Assembly: GCA_002245135.1 (NCBI GenBank)
Contig: NGBS01000293.1
Coordinates: forward strand, 372,001-436,000
DNA length: 64,000 nucleotides
DNA from: Proteromonas lacertae
Taxonomy: Eukaryota
Reading direction: 5' to 3'
The notes beneath the pieces were generated by a model. It made no database searches and was not told where the DNA came from. It worked only from the letters and a program-made list of their open reading frames with translations. Position numbers and translations under genes: made by a program. Numbering within the stretch: the first letter of the stretch is position 1; every line of letters starts with the position of its first letter. Shown one piece after another: positions 13,465 through 24,819 of this stretch.

Positions 13465-16400
13465 ATGTGTTCTGTAATTCCAATTGAATCATTAATGAAT
13501 AATTGCATAATTGAATTGCCAAAAGTGAGTGATGAAAGTCAAAAAGAAGAATTACCAGTAAAACTGGTTGGTTTATCCTCAGCTAATAAAGCATTAGAAA
13601 ATGGATATGAGTATTATGCTAAACAAGTGAAATCTATTTTACCTGATTTACCACCTGTTGATATTGCTATGAAAGGAGTAAGTTATACAGCCAAACAACC
13701 AAAGAGTGAGAAGCATGGTGTGATTAACATAATTAGTGGATTCTACAACCAAATCAGAAGTTTATTCCCTTGTGGTTTGTATGAAGATCGTCCAGTAGTG
13801 AAGAATATCACATTTAGATTTAAACCTGGTACTTCAACATTAGTAATGGGTCCTCCATCATGTGGTAGTTCTACAGTGCTAAAATTATTAGCAAATACAT
13901 TGCCTAAAAGCCAAATAGCAGGTTCAATTACATGTAATGGTAAAGAATTGAAAGAATTGAATTGGTCACATTATGCAAGTTTCTGTGGACAATTAGATTT
14001 TCATTTACCTTTATTATCTGTCAAAGATACATTTGATTTCGCAGTAGGTTGCTTAAATGGTAAAGGTGAAATGAAAAGTAAAGGCCATTCAATGATAGAA
14101 GATGATATAAATATTCGAAGTGATTTGTTCTTGAAATTATTGGGATTGACAATCTGTAAAGATACGATAGTTGGAGATGAAGTAAATCGTGGTTGTAGTG
14201 GTGGTGAAATGAAGAGAGTGAGTTTAGGTGAATCTTTATTAGGTCCAAGTCGAGTATTATTATTAGATAAAATCAGTACTGGTTTAGATAGTGCAGTAAC
14301 ATTTGATATTTGTAAATTCTTAAATCAATGGACAAAAATATTTGAAGGAATCTTAGTATGTCACTTATTACAACCAGATCCTGAGGTAATTGCATTATTT
14401 GATAATATGATAATATTGAGTGAAGGTCAAGTTACTTATGCTGGTCCATGTGATGGAATATTACCTTATTTCAATTCAATTGGTTATGAAATGATAGAAG
14501 GAAAAGATTTAGGTGCATTTATCTGTGAAGTTGGTAAAGAAGAAACAAGAATAGTTTATCGAAAAGATGAATCAATTCCATTAACAACTCAATATTTAGT
14601 AGAGAAATATGAAATGAGTGATTTGAAGAAGAAGAATCTAGAAAGTGTGAATGAAAAAGTAGAAAAAACAGAAGTTCCAAAGAATGATTATAATGAAACG
14701 ATGTTCAATAAATCCCATCCAATGCCATTTTGGCATGAATTAATGTACTTAATCAAAAGACAAGGAAAATGCACATTCATGGATAAAGGTTTTTTGATAG
14801 CAAGAATTGTTCAACAAATAATAATGGGATTAGTATATGGATGGATATTCTTCAATTTGAAAAAGGACGATTATACTTCAAAATGTGGTTTAATTTCTAC
14901 TTATGTTATGACTTTAATCAATACATCACATTCTGTAGTTATTGGACTATTTTTTCAAAAGTCAGTGATGTATAAGCAAGTCCAAAGTGGATTATTTTCA
15001 GTTCCATCTTATGTTGCAAGTGTTACAATAAACCAATATCCTATTCAATTAATAGAAACATTACTGTTTGGTAGTATAATCTATTTTATGAGTGGATTAA
15101 CTCTTTCTGATAGTGGAGTTCATTATTGGATTTGTATGGCTTACTTATTCGTTGGTTATGTCACTTATACATCACTTCAATTGGTTTTACTGTATTTATT
15201 CAGAAATGTCTCAATTTTAGCAGCATTTTTACCAATATTTGGTTTTTTATTGAATGCATTTAATGGATTTGGTATTACTCGTAAAACAATTCCTGATTGG
15301 TTAATTGAATTTTATTATTTTACTCCATTAAGTTATATGATTAAAGGTTTAGCAGTAAATGAATTTACTTCAAGTGACTATGGTCCAGAAGGTATTATTT
15401 ACTTAAAACAATATGATTTCCCAACAGATAAGAATGAACAATGGCAATATTTCTTGATATTAATTTGTGAGCATATTGTATTTGTATTGTTACAAATGAT
15501 TGTATTACATTATATTGTATATGATCCATTTCCACCAAGTAAAACAGTTTCAATAAAAGATGTGAAAGCTGTTGATGTAACAAGACAAAGTGAAATGAGT
15601 GCAAGATCTTCAGCTTCAGAAGTTAATTTTAACACAGTTGATTTTTCATTTGAACATATAAAATATACAGTAAAAGTAAAAGATGGAGATACTAAAAAGA
15701 AAGTTGATAAAGTATTATTGAATGATGTAAGTGGATATGTTCGAGCTCACAGTATGACAGCATTAATGGGAGCAAGTGGAGCTGGTAAAACAACATTATT
15801 AGATGTATTAGCAAACAGAAAAACACAAGGAAAGATAGAAGGTAAATTCTTATTGAATGGAAAAGAATATAAAACGAAAGATTTGTGTATGATAAGTGGA
15901 TATGTTGAACAACAAGATACATTACCTGAAACTGAGACAGTAATGGATGCATTGATGTTTAGTGCCAGATTAAGATATCCAGGTCATCCAAGTGAAGCAA
16001 CAATCCACAATCATATAAAAGAAGTGATAGAATTATTAGAATTAAAAGAATATAAAGATATGATGATAGGCAAAAAAGAGGATGGTTTACCAATGGGTGT
16101 TCGAAAATTGGTGATGGTAGGAATCGAATTAGTAGCTAATCCATCAATATTATTCTTAGATGAACCAACAACTGGATTAGATAGTTCAGCTGCTTTATTA
16201 GTATGTCAAGTCTTACAAAGAATCGCAGCAAGTGGCCGAAGTATAATTTGTACAATCCATCAACCATCATTTGAAATATTCAAGTTATTTAGTGATGTAT
16301 TACTATTAGAAAGAGGTGGAAAAGTAGTATATTTTGGTCCACTTGGTGAAAATGGTAGTAAAGTAGTAGAATATATGGAAAAGATTGATGGAGTTAGTGG

Positions 16401-17451
16401 AATTGGTAAAGATCAAAATCCAGCCAGTTGGATGTTAGATGTAACTGGAGCTGGAACAGGAAATACAAAGAATGTGAAATTTGGTGATTATTATTTGACA
16501 ACAGATTTATATCGTAATGTCGAAAACACCTTAGAAAATATAAAATCTGCCAATTCTCCAGCAATAAATTTCAAAGAAGATTATGCAGTTTCAATAACAA
16601 AACAAATATGGGAAGTAAGTAAAAGAAATTTCCGATTTGATTGGAGATTATTAGATTATAACTTATCAAAAATAAGAAATCTATTGATATTATCTTTATT
16701 CATAGGAATATTATACTTCCAACAACCAATGGAAACAGCTGGTAATGTGTTAAGTAGATACTCTTCATTAGCATTAGCAATAAATGCCATGGCAATGAAT
16801 AACTTAATGGGAGTAGTTCCAGTGTTATTAGACAGAAGAATGGTGTTTTATCGTGAAGATGCGATGAGAACTTATCATCCAATTGCTCAATTAATTGGTT
16901 ATGTTTTAGTGGAAATAATATTCATATTCTTTGTAGCTTGGTGTTTCATGTGTTTCTCTTATGGAATGATGGGTTTGAAAAGCACAGTAGCAGCTGTATT
17001 TAAAGAATATATAGTAAACTATTCAGTGATGATGTTAGCTACTATGTGTGGTTATTGGTTCTCCTATTTATTCCCTGTTATGCAAGTAGCTAGTGTTGTT
17101 ATGGGATGTTTGACAAGTATTTTATTTTCTTGTAGTGGTTTTCAACTTCGTTACCCTTCAATGAAAGCACCTTGGAAATGGATTTATTGGATTAACCCTT
17201 TTACATTTGGAATTCAAGCTTCAGCAGCTAATCAATTTGATTGTGAAAAATCTGTTATAAATATAACGAATTGTCCATCATTTACAAATGCTGATGGAAG
17301 TATAGCAACTGTTCATGAGTTTTTTAGTAATATGTATGATATAAGATACAGTCAATATTGGAATAATATTGGATATTTATGGATAGAAATTGTTATTATT
17401 ATTATATTCTTGTATTTCTCATTAAAGAAAGTGAGATTTCTTGACAGATAA
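13465..17451 (+). CDS. Full-size ABCG / PDR-type ABC transporter (NBD-TMD-NBD-TMD), intronless
   Basis: 1328 aa ORF. NBD1 has GPPSCGSST, CSGGEMKRV and LLLDKISTGLDS. NBD2 has GASGAGKTT, LFLDEPTTGLDS and CTIHQP. Two hydrophobic TMD blocks. Confidence 0.95.
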   Translation: MCSVIPIESLMNNCIIELPKVSDESQKEELPVKLVGLSSANKALENGYEYYAKQVKSILPDLPPVDIAMKGVSYTAKQPKSEKHGVINIISGFYNQIRSLFPCGLYEDRPVVKNITFRFKPGTSTLVMGPPSCGSSTVLKLLANTLPKSQIAGSITCNGKELKELNWSHYASFCGQLDFHLPLLSVKDTFDFAVGCLNGKGEMKSKGHSMIEDDINIRSDLFLKLLGLTICKDTIVGDEVNRGCSGGEMKRVSLGESLLGPSRVLLLDKISTGLDSAVTFDICKFLNQWTKIFEGILVCHLLQPDPEVIALFDNMIILSEGQVTYAGPCDGILPYFNSIGYEMIEGKDLGAFICEVGKEETRIVYRKDESIPLTTQYLVEKYEMSDLKKKNLESVNEKVEKTEVPKNDYNETMFNKSHPMPFWHELMYLIKRQGKCTFMDKGFLIARIVQQIIMGLVYGWIFFNLKKDDYTSKCGLISTYVMTLINTSHSVVIGLFFQKSVMYKQVQSGLFSVPSYVASVTINQYPIQLIETLLFGSIIYFMSGLTLSDSGVHYWICMAYLFVGYVTYTSLQLVLLYLFRNVSILAAFLPIFGFLLNAFNGFGITRKTIPDWLIEFYYFTPLSYMIKGLAVNEFTSSDYGPEGIIYLKQYDFPTDKNEQWQYFLILICEHIVFVLLQMIVLHYIVYDPFPPSKTVSIKDVKAVDVTRQSEMSARSSASEVNFNTVDFSFEHIKYTVKVKDGDTKKKVDKVLLNDVSGYVRAHSMTALMGASGAGKTTLLDVLANRKTQGKIEGKFLLNGKEYKTKDLCMISGYVEQQDTLPETETVMDALMFSARLRYPGHPSEATIHNHIKEVIELLELKEYKDMMIGKKEDGLPMGVRKLVMVGIELVANPSILFLDEPTTGLDSSAALLVCQVLQRIAASGRSIICTIHQPSFEIFKLFSDVLLLERGGKVVYFGPLGENGSKVVEYMEKIDGVSGIGKDQNPASWMLDVTGAGTGNTKNVKFGDYYLTTDLYRNVENTLENIKSANSPAINFKEDYAVSITKQIWEVSKRNFRFDWRLLDYNLSKIRNLLILSLFIGILYFQQPMETAGNVLSRYSSLALAINAMAMNNLMGVVPVLLDRRMVFYREDAMRTYHPIAQLIGYVLVEIIFIFFVAWCFMCFSYGMMGLKSTVAAVFKEYIVNYSVMMLATMCGYWFSYLFPVMQVASVVMGCLTSILFSCSGFQLRYPSMKAPWKWIYWINPFTFGIQASAANQFDCEKSVINITNCPSFTNADGSIATVHEFFSNMYDIRYSQYWNNIGYLWIEIVIIIIFLYFSLKKVRFLDR

Positions 17452-17641
17452 ATACTATTATTTCATTATTATATTCATTATTATTGTATTTCTTTATTGT
17501 TATTTTGTGTTTATTTATTATGTAACATTTTTATATATCATATTTATGTAATTAATTCATAATTTTCTCTTATTCATGTGTAACAAGAGGAAATTAAAGC
17601 AGAAATTATTTATTTAATTTTATTGGCTAAATAATTACAAA

Positions 17642-18150
17642 TCAAATAATAAATTTAGTTAAATTTAACAAAATCAACCAACTATATATTTCTTCATTGT
17701 TTTTCGTTTTAAATGGTGGAGTTATAACACATCTATTCCCATAATAATTAAGTTCTTCTCTTTTTGGATTGTCATTAAGAGTTTGATAAACAACAAACAT
17801 TTCAATTCGATTTGAACTAATTCTGTAAACAGTATTTGGTTCTGATAATATCTTATCATTAATTACTTCTTTCACTCCTTCATATGATTCTAATTATCTT
17901 TGAATCACTTTATCATTGTTTATTGGCATATTTGAACTAATATTACATGATTTTAATTCATCTTCATCATATATATGAGGCATTAAATCATCAAATTTGA
18001 ATATATTTAGATCTTTCTTTGATTTTATTAAATATGGCAAATCTGATATTTTATATTTATTTCTTTCATTAACTAGAGAAAAAGGTAATTAATATAATAT
18101 TGGAGGAGATAAATGGATTTCAACTTGAATATATTTATCAATATTGCTTC
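17642..18150 (-). pseudogene. Degraded coding-like segment of unknown family with two in-frame TAA stops
   Basis: One frame reads SNIDKYIQVEIHLSPPILY*LPFSLVNERNKYKISDLPYLIK..DKVIQR*LESYEGVKEVINDKILSEPN.. for about 165 codons. Confidence 0.4.
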
Positions 18151-18349
18151 TATTCTATATCAGAATCGAATTCTATGTTATATTTCTGCATTTAAAGAAA
18201 AAAAACAAAAATATGTAACGAATATATTTTTATTATAATAAAACTCAATATATAGCACAAATATGTGAATTTTGCTATTAATCTAGTGGATACACAGTTA
18301 TGACATACTAACAAATAAAAAATAGTAATGTTAATATTAAAAGTGATAT

Positions 18350-20476
18350 TTAATCTTGATGAGAAACTGATAATATTTCTAATGATGTTTTAAGTCCACC
18401 TAACACCGCATAAGGATATAATGGAGAAGGTAAATCTTCAACAAGTAAAACAGCAGATGAATCATTATGACTTATCCAAAATTCTCTTTTATTCATATCA
18501 ACAATCACTTCATAAATTGAACCATCTCCACAATCATTGAAATTTGGATTTGAATTAACAACTCTTCCAATATGACAATATCTAGTAATATCTATACTTT
18601 TACCATTACATGCATAATAATTACATGTTGTTGATTGATAATAAATATTATTACCAGAATATGTATTATCAGTTGATAATCCTAACATCATTCCATCATA
18701 TTTACTTCCATTTAGTTGAAATTGATATTTGATATGATAAACTCCATTTTCCATTTTCAAATTCAAATAACAATGACTCCAACCATTAATTGTATTTGTT
18801 ATAAACCATCCATTATTTGATATTGATATTCCATCACATTTGTTTAATTCTGTAAATTTTCCTAACATAAATTCTAATGATATTTTGAATTTCTTTTCAT
18901 TTACAATATTCTTACAACTTATTTCATATTCTCTCTTTTCCATTTCTTTATTCACTTTTCCATTAATTATTCCACTCTCTTTTTCTATCATTATTCCATC
19001 AGGTAAGGAAGGATTGATTGAAAATTCACATCGATTTCCATCAAATGAAGGAATTATTGACATTTCTTCATTTATTTCGAATGAATATTCTGATTGAGGA
19101 TATGAAAATGATGTGATTTCTTTTGTTTTTAATTCTTTCAATAATTCTTTATCTTTCATTATTACAATCATTTCTTCTTCTTCTTCGAAACTCAATTTAT
19201 TCTCTTTTATATATTCTATTAATAATTCTTTATATTTGGAGTTTAAATAATTATCTTCATTTAATATTCTAAAAAGAATTTCTTTTCCACATACTTCTTC
19301 TATTATTGAAATATTCTTTTTATCATCAACAAACAAACATAAACATTTCATTGTTCGATTTCTTTTATTCTCATTATATTCTATACATAATCTATCCAAT
19401 AGATTTCTCTTTTCGATATTTGAGATATATTCTATTTAAATATATTTTTAGTATTTATACTTTCCTTTTTTACATTTTTATATTTCATTATCATCAATAC
19501 TATTTCCATCATTTTTATATTATTCATTTCTAATATACACAGTATTTCATCATTCAATTCTTCTTCTTTTATCTTATCCAATATTCTTCTTTCTTCTTCA
19601 TTAAAGTCTTCTTCTTTATTATCTTCATTGTAATTGTTGATTATTACATTTTGAATTCTCTCATCTTTTATTAAATATATTTCTATATGATTTTTACATT
19701 CATTTTTCTTTAATTCTATTTTCATTTCTTTCAACATTTCTTTATTCTCTTTTTCTATCTCTTTCTCTTTTATCTTTTCACAATCGATATCTTCTTCTAT
19801 CAATTGTTTAAAATCATCTTCTATCTCTTTATTATCATATTTCTCATTCTTTTGGAATTTATACCATTCCAATAAACGATTTAATAACCAACTCTCACTT
19901 CGAATTATCACATCTTTCGTGTTTAATATCTCGATCAAATTATTCATTTCTAATCTCAACAAATATTCATTATTATATAAATATTTATATCCTCGCTTTT
20001 CTATTTCCATATTTTTCAAGTCTTCTATCTCTCTCAAACATCCACCAAATACATTACATATATGAATTAATTTCATTAATACTTCATCATCTATATTATT
20101 CTTCATAAATTCATAACAATCATTTATTATCTCTTTTTCACTATAACATAAACAAAACATCAACACTTCACACACACTCTCTTTACACATTATCAATTCA
20201 CCACCACTGTAGTATTTCTCCATCTCATAATAGCCAATTTCTTCGATTTCTTCATATAACTCTAAAACTCCTACAAACTCACCATCTAACAACAGTTTCT
20301 TTACAGTTTCATTTCCATTCACTAAAATTGACTTGATTGACATTATTCGATTATCTCCAATCTTCACTTCTATATCACCAAAACCACTTTCGACCAATTT
20401 TCGACATAATCTATCATAAAAATAAATACAAAATATACCCCTCTTCTCTTATGCTTTTATTCACTTTTATTATCAT
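18350..20476 (-). CDS. BTB/BACK - Ig-like - SPRY protein, copy 2 (long form; joins ORFs 19432-20397 and 18350-19399)
   Basis: ATG at 20476. A 29-nt intron (gtataaatactaaaaatatatttaaatag) near 19432-19460 joins the two ORFs in frame. BTB is near-identical to copy 1. Confidence 0.82.
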
Positions 20477-20962
20477 CTTTATGTAAATATATAACAAAAA
20501 TAACGAAATTTGATTTTTATCAAAATTTTGAATAACCCAAAAATTAAAAAGATGAAAAACATTCTATATATCAAAATTAAAGATTATATTGGTATATAAA
20601 TTCCTTCATTATGCTCTATAAAATGGCAAAATATGTAGAATATACTGAAATGTGTTTAGTTTTATAAAGTAAGTGTGTTAATATGTTTTTGGTATTTTAT
20701 TAATATATATGTGATTTTTTAATTATGTGAATATATAAAAGTATAATAATATTTGATAAATAGCGAAAATTACACAAATGAGTGAAGAATGTGATCAATA
20801 ATGAATTAATAGTTTGGTTTACGTTTACTTATAGTGAATGAAACTTTCATATTACACATTTTTGTTATTTCCGAAGAAAAATGAAATATGTAGTTTGAAA
20901 AAACTCAATAATACGTCTTATATTCTCTATACTAATACAAAAATCAAAAAATAAAAAAAACA

Positions 20963-22828
20963 TTATATAAAAGTATCAGTTATATTATCACTTATAGTAG
21001 GAGGTGAAGAAGGAGGAGGTGAAACTGTGGGATAATGTATAGTAAGATCATTACTACTGTGATTATGATGACTATTATGATGATTATTTAATCTAATTTC
21101 CTCATTATCTTCTTCATCTTCACCATCATCCTCATCATTTATCTTTCCAATATCATTATTATTAGTTTCCTCATTGTTATTATCATTATTATTTCTTTTT
21201 TCAATTATTTCTTCTCCACTCATTAATTTAACATATTTATTATTATCTAATTTTCTCTTTTTCCTAATGCCATTATTACTATTGCTATTTATATTATTAT
21301 TATTGCAATTATGAGTTATTGAAGAAGGAATTCTAGCATAAAAAGCTGATTGGTTGATTTTTTCTTTACCAATATCATTATATTCTTTACAGAAATCATC
21401 CCATACTTGTTTCTTTGATACTTTTAGTTTATAATTATTCTCCCCATTATGATTCAAGTGATTTGTTGTTATTGGTTCAACATAATCATTCTTTAACCAG
21501 AAATTTCTAACAATACTATCCGTTTCAGAATCGATTTTATTTCTCATTGTTGTAGTTGGATTTACTTCAGTATAAGGTCCTTTTTCTTTACAATGCTTTC
21601 TTGCTTCACTGAATTGAGTTTTTCCACATTTTAAATGATTACTTAATTGACTAAAAGTTAACTATATAATAATGATAAAAAGAATGAATATATATATATA
21701 TATAATTTAATACACAATCTGCTACTAAAGATAATAATCTCTTTCTTTCACTATACTTCGTACAATTCCTATAACCAAATGCAAAATTATCTAAAATATG
21801 ATTTAATATTGATTCATCAGTAACCTTCTGTGGTTGAGATGGTGGTAATTCATCACCTTTTGTATGACATCTTATCTACATAAATAATTAAAATGAGAAA
21901 TAATTTTAATAATATTTATATATTTATACTGTAGATATGCTATCCAATAATAATGATTGATTTTCATTGTTTCCTCCACTTAATATTTTACTAAATGTTT
22001 TTAAATATGATCTTATTTCTATTTGTTTATATTTTTTCATATTTATATAACTTCTATCTTCTTCTTTCTAATTTAAATATATATATATTTATTTATTTAT
22101 TTATATACAATATGGTTAATTGGATTGTTTAATTTTACTCTTAAATAATCTAATGATTTTTCATCTAATCTTTCTAACAAGGCATTTAACATTTTCTCTG
22201 TGTTATTTTTTTCGTTTGTTTTTTTAGCTGTTGTTGTACGAGTAGATGTAGGTATACTATTGTTATTGACAGTAGTAGTAGTAGTGGAAGAAGAAGAAGA
22301 AGAAGAAGAAGATGATGATGATGATGATGGGATTTGAATTGTATTATTAGTTGGTATATTTGATGAGGTGCTATTGATTGGATTACTATTGTTATTATTA
22401 ATTCGACTAGTCATCGCTATAGAACAATTAGGAGTGATGCTATGAGTCACTAACAGATTGTCATTGTTACTAATTTCTGGATTTGCTGGCATTGTTTCAA
22501 TTTCACTACTAGTAGGTTGTAAATATTGTAAAACTATTAAGAAAATGAATAATTTAAAAAAGTACTTTGATCTTGGCTTGTAGTTAGTGTATTTGTCAAA
22601 TTAGAAGAGGAATAAACAGAAATACCGTAGTCGCATTCATTTGCCAGATTATATGTAGATAATTCATTTGTTGTTTCTACAGCAGGAGTCTAAGGGTATA
22701 ATTGAGAAATATACAAAAGCAGTTCCTGCTCCACCTATTTTCACATTTTCATTATTCAAATAATTCTGTTGGGTAGATTCTATTAATATAATAATCACTA
22801 CACAATGAGTAATACCTTCTTGATTCAT
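20963..22828 (-). CDS. Multi-exon low-complexity protein with a predicted HTH-like helical domain
   Basis: Spliceable from the ATG at 22828. Core reads KRRLLSLVAD..FTFSQLSNHLKCGKTQFSEARKHCKEKGP..RNKIDSETDSIVRNFW..SKKQVWDDFCKEY..INQSAFYARIP. NLS-like RKKRK. Confidence 0.65.
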
Positions 22829-22948
22829 TCAAACAATTCTAAAAAGCTTGACAAAACGTACATATTTTTTGAAAAACACAAAAACTAATAAAACACACTA
22901 ATTTAATAAATAACGAGGAAAAAAATTTATGATATATAACTAAATACA

Positions 22949-24436
22949 TCATATTCTAACATCTACTTCTTCTTCTTGTCCTAAAATATACTGACTCTCT
23001 CTATCTCTCATATCTTTTTCACTATCTCTATATTCAATAACACCTGCTAGAGATAAGTAATACTTCTTCGACATAAAAGCCACAAATAAGAAAATTGAAA
23101 ACAAAACAGTTGTAATGAATGATATATAATAAACAATCATATATCTTTCAGAACAATAGAATTCAAAATCTTTTTCATATTCACAAACTTTCCAATCCTT
23201 TATAAATTTACACTAAAAATATATATAAATGTAAATAAATAAATATATATATATATAGGTATATACATTATCATCATCATTGTCATTAATGCTTTTATTT
23301 TTATTACAACAATATTGATAGGATGATTTTACTTCATTATTTGATAATCCATATGATATACGAGTAATTTCAAATAAAATAGGTAAAACAATAATAATTC
23401 CAGTAAAAAACATGGTTACAAATTTTATATATATTTTTGATTTTGGTGATATTTTAAATATATTCTTAATAAAACATGAAACTGTAACTATTAATATCAA
23501 TTGAATTAATGAATTAACAACTGGTAAATATATCTGAACATTATTCAAAATATTGAAATTATAAACATATTTCATAATAAACGTATAAATAATTCCTAAT
23601 AAATAAATAAACCAACATCCAAATGTAATTAGTAACGAATTATTATACAATTTTTGAAGTGAAATTATATTGAAAAATGTATTCCTTCTATAATGTAAAT
23701 AAATTAACCTAAAATATTCATAATTGATGATTATCGTGGTACAAAGGAATAAACTATAACCAACTAAACTAATTAATACGAATATAGTGATTTGCTGCGT
23801 GCAAATTATTTTGAAATGTTTAAAATCAATACAATCATTTTCTATATCATTAATATTCAAAAAATCACACTGTTAAAATATAGATTTATATATTTAATAG
23901 ATTATTATATATACTTTTGAAGTGTAATTTCCATTAATGCAACAAATATGAAAAGTGGAATTCATATTTCTTTCACTTGGCTTGTAATAAGCTTGAGATA
24001 CTGGAATAAATGTAAAAAACAACGGATATAATCTATAAACAAAAATATAATATTCATACATATTTATACATATAAAATATTGATGTAATTGATGGCCATG
24101 ATTTGATGATACTTTTACCACAACAATAACCAACAAACATATGAGCAATTATGAAAGGAATACAAGATAGACATTGTACGGAGGGTATATAACTCAAAAG
24201 ATGATCACCTATGAATATATTACACTGTTTAACCTATACCTACTTTACTTACTTCAGTTATTTGAAATATGGATATTACAGTCATTAAAACTATTCCAAT
24301 CTATTACTATTATTTTATTATTTATACAAATTCTACAAAATAGAGTAAAACCTCTGTTCTTAAATGATATCTTGATATAACTACTCTATTTTCTCCTTCT
24401 GCATTACTCTGTGAATTGTTGCTTTTATTTTTCATA
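22949..24436 (-). CDS. Multi-pass membrane protein of unknown function (exon boundaries uncertain at the 5' end)
   Basis: Several hydrophobic ORF pieces (22949, 23213, 23894) on the same strand separated by GT-AG introns. Confidence 0.5.
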
Positions 24437-24499
24437 TTTCTAGCTCAACAAATAGAGTTACCGTTAAAAGAAGATTTTTATAAGAAAAAAAAACTTCCG

Positions 24500-24542
24500 A
24501 AATTTTGAATAACCAATTTATAAATTGGTTTATGAAAATTTT
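24500..24542. promoter_or_regulatory. Imperfect palindrome AAATTTTGAATAACCAATTTA/TAAATTGGTTTATGAAAATTT, putative promoter element
   Basis: Arms are near reverse complements. A homologous palindrome lies at about 38060-38101, upstream of the pseudokinase-LRR gene. Confidence 0.55.
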
Positions 24543-24559
24543 AAAGAAGAAAAAATTTA

Positions 24560-24685
24560 AAATAATGTATTATCAAAACTGGAAGTATTGATTTTATTCT
24601 CTTATTTTAGATGGAAGAACGAATAGATATATCAGAATCAAAATCATTCTGTGAAACATTTTCGTCAATCAAAAACAGTTCTTGA
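24560..24685 (+). pseudogene. Collapsed pseudokinase-LRR gene (exon 1 and intron fused to the last exon)
   Basis: VLSKLE|intron|MEERID matches the family start MLSKYK|IKKRVE. It continues IDISESKSFCETFSSIK, matching the family end IDKTELKSFLETFSSIK. Confidence 0.6.
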
Positions 24686-24819
24686 ATATTGAATGACTAA
24701 ATATTCTATCATACTTTTCATGTGTTTGATGAAGTTGTTTTGTCAATATCAATTAAAATAAGTGAGATAAAGATATTAAATATGTTATGATGGTAATAGA
24801 ATATAAATGTAACAGAATA

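Noticed and set aside
19399..19460. Apparent TAG stop or frameshift splitting BTB-SPRY copies 2 and 3 into two ORFs
   Set aside because: A canonical 29-nt GT-AG intron restores one reading frame.
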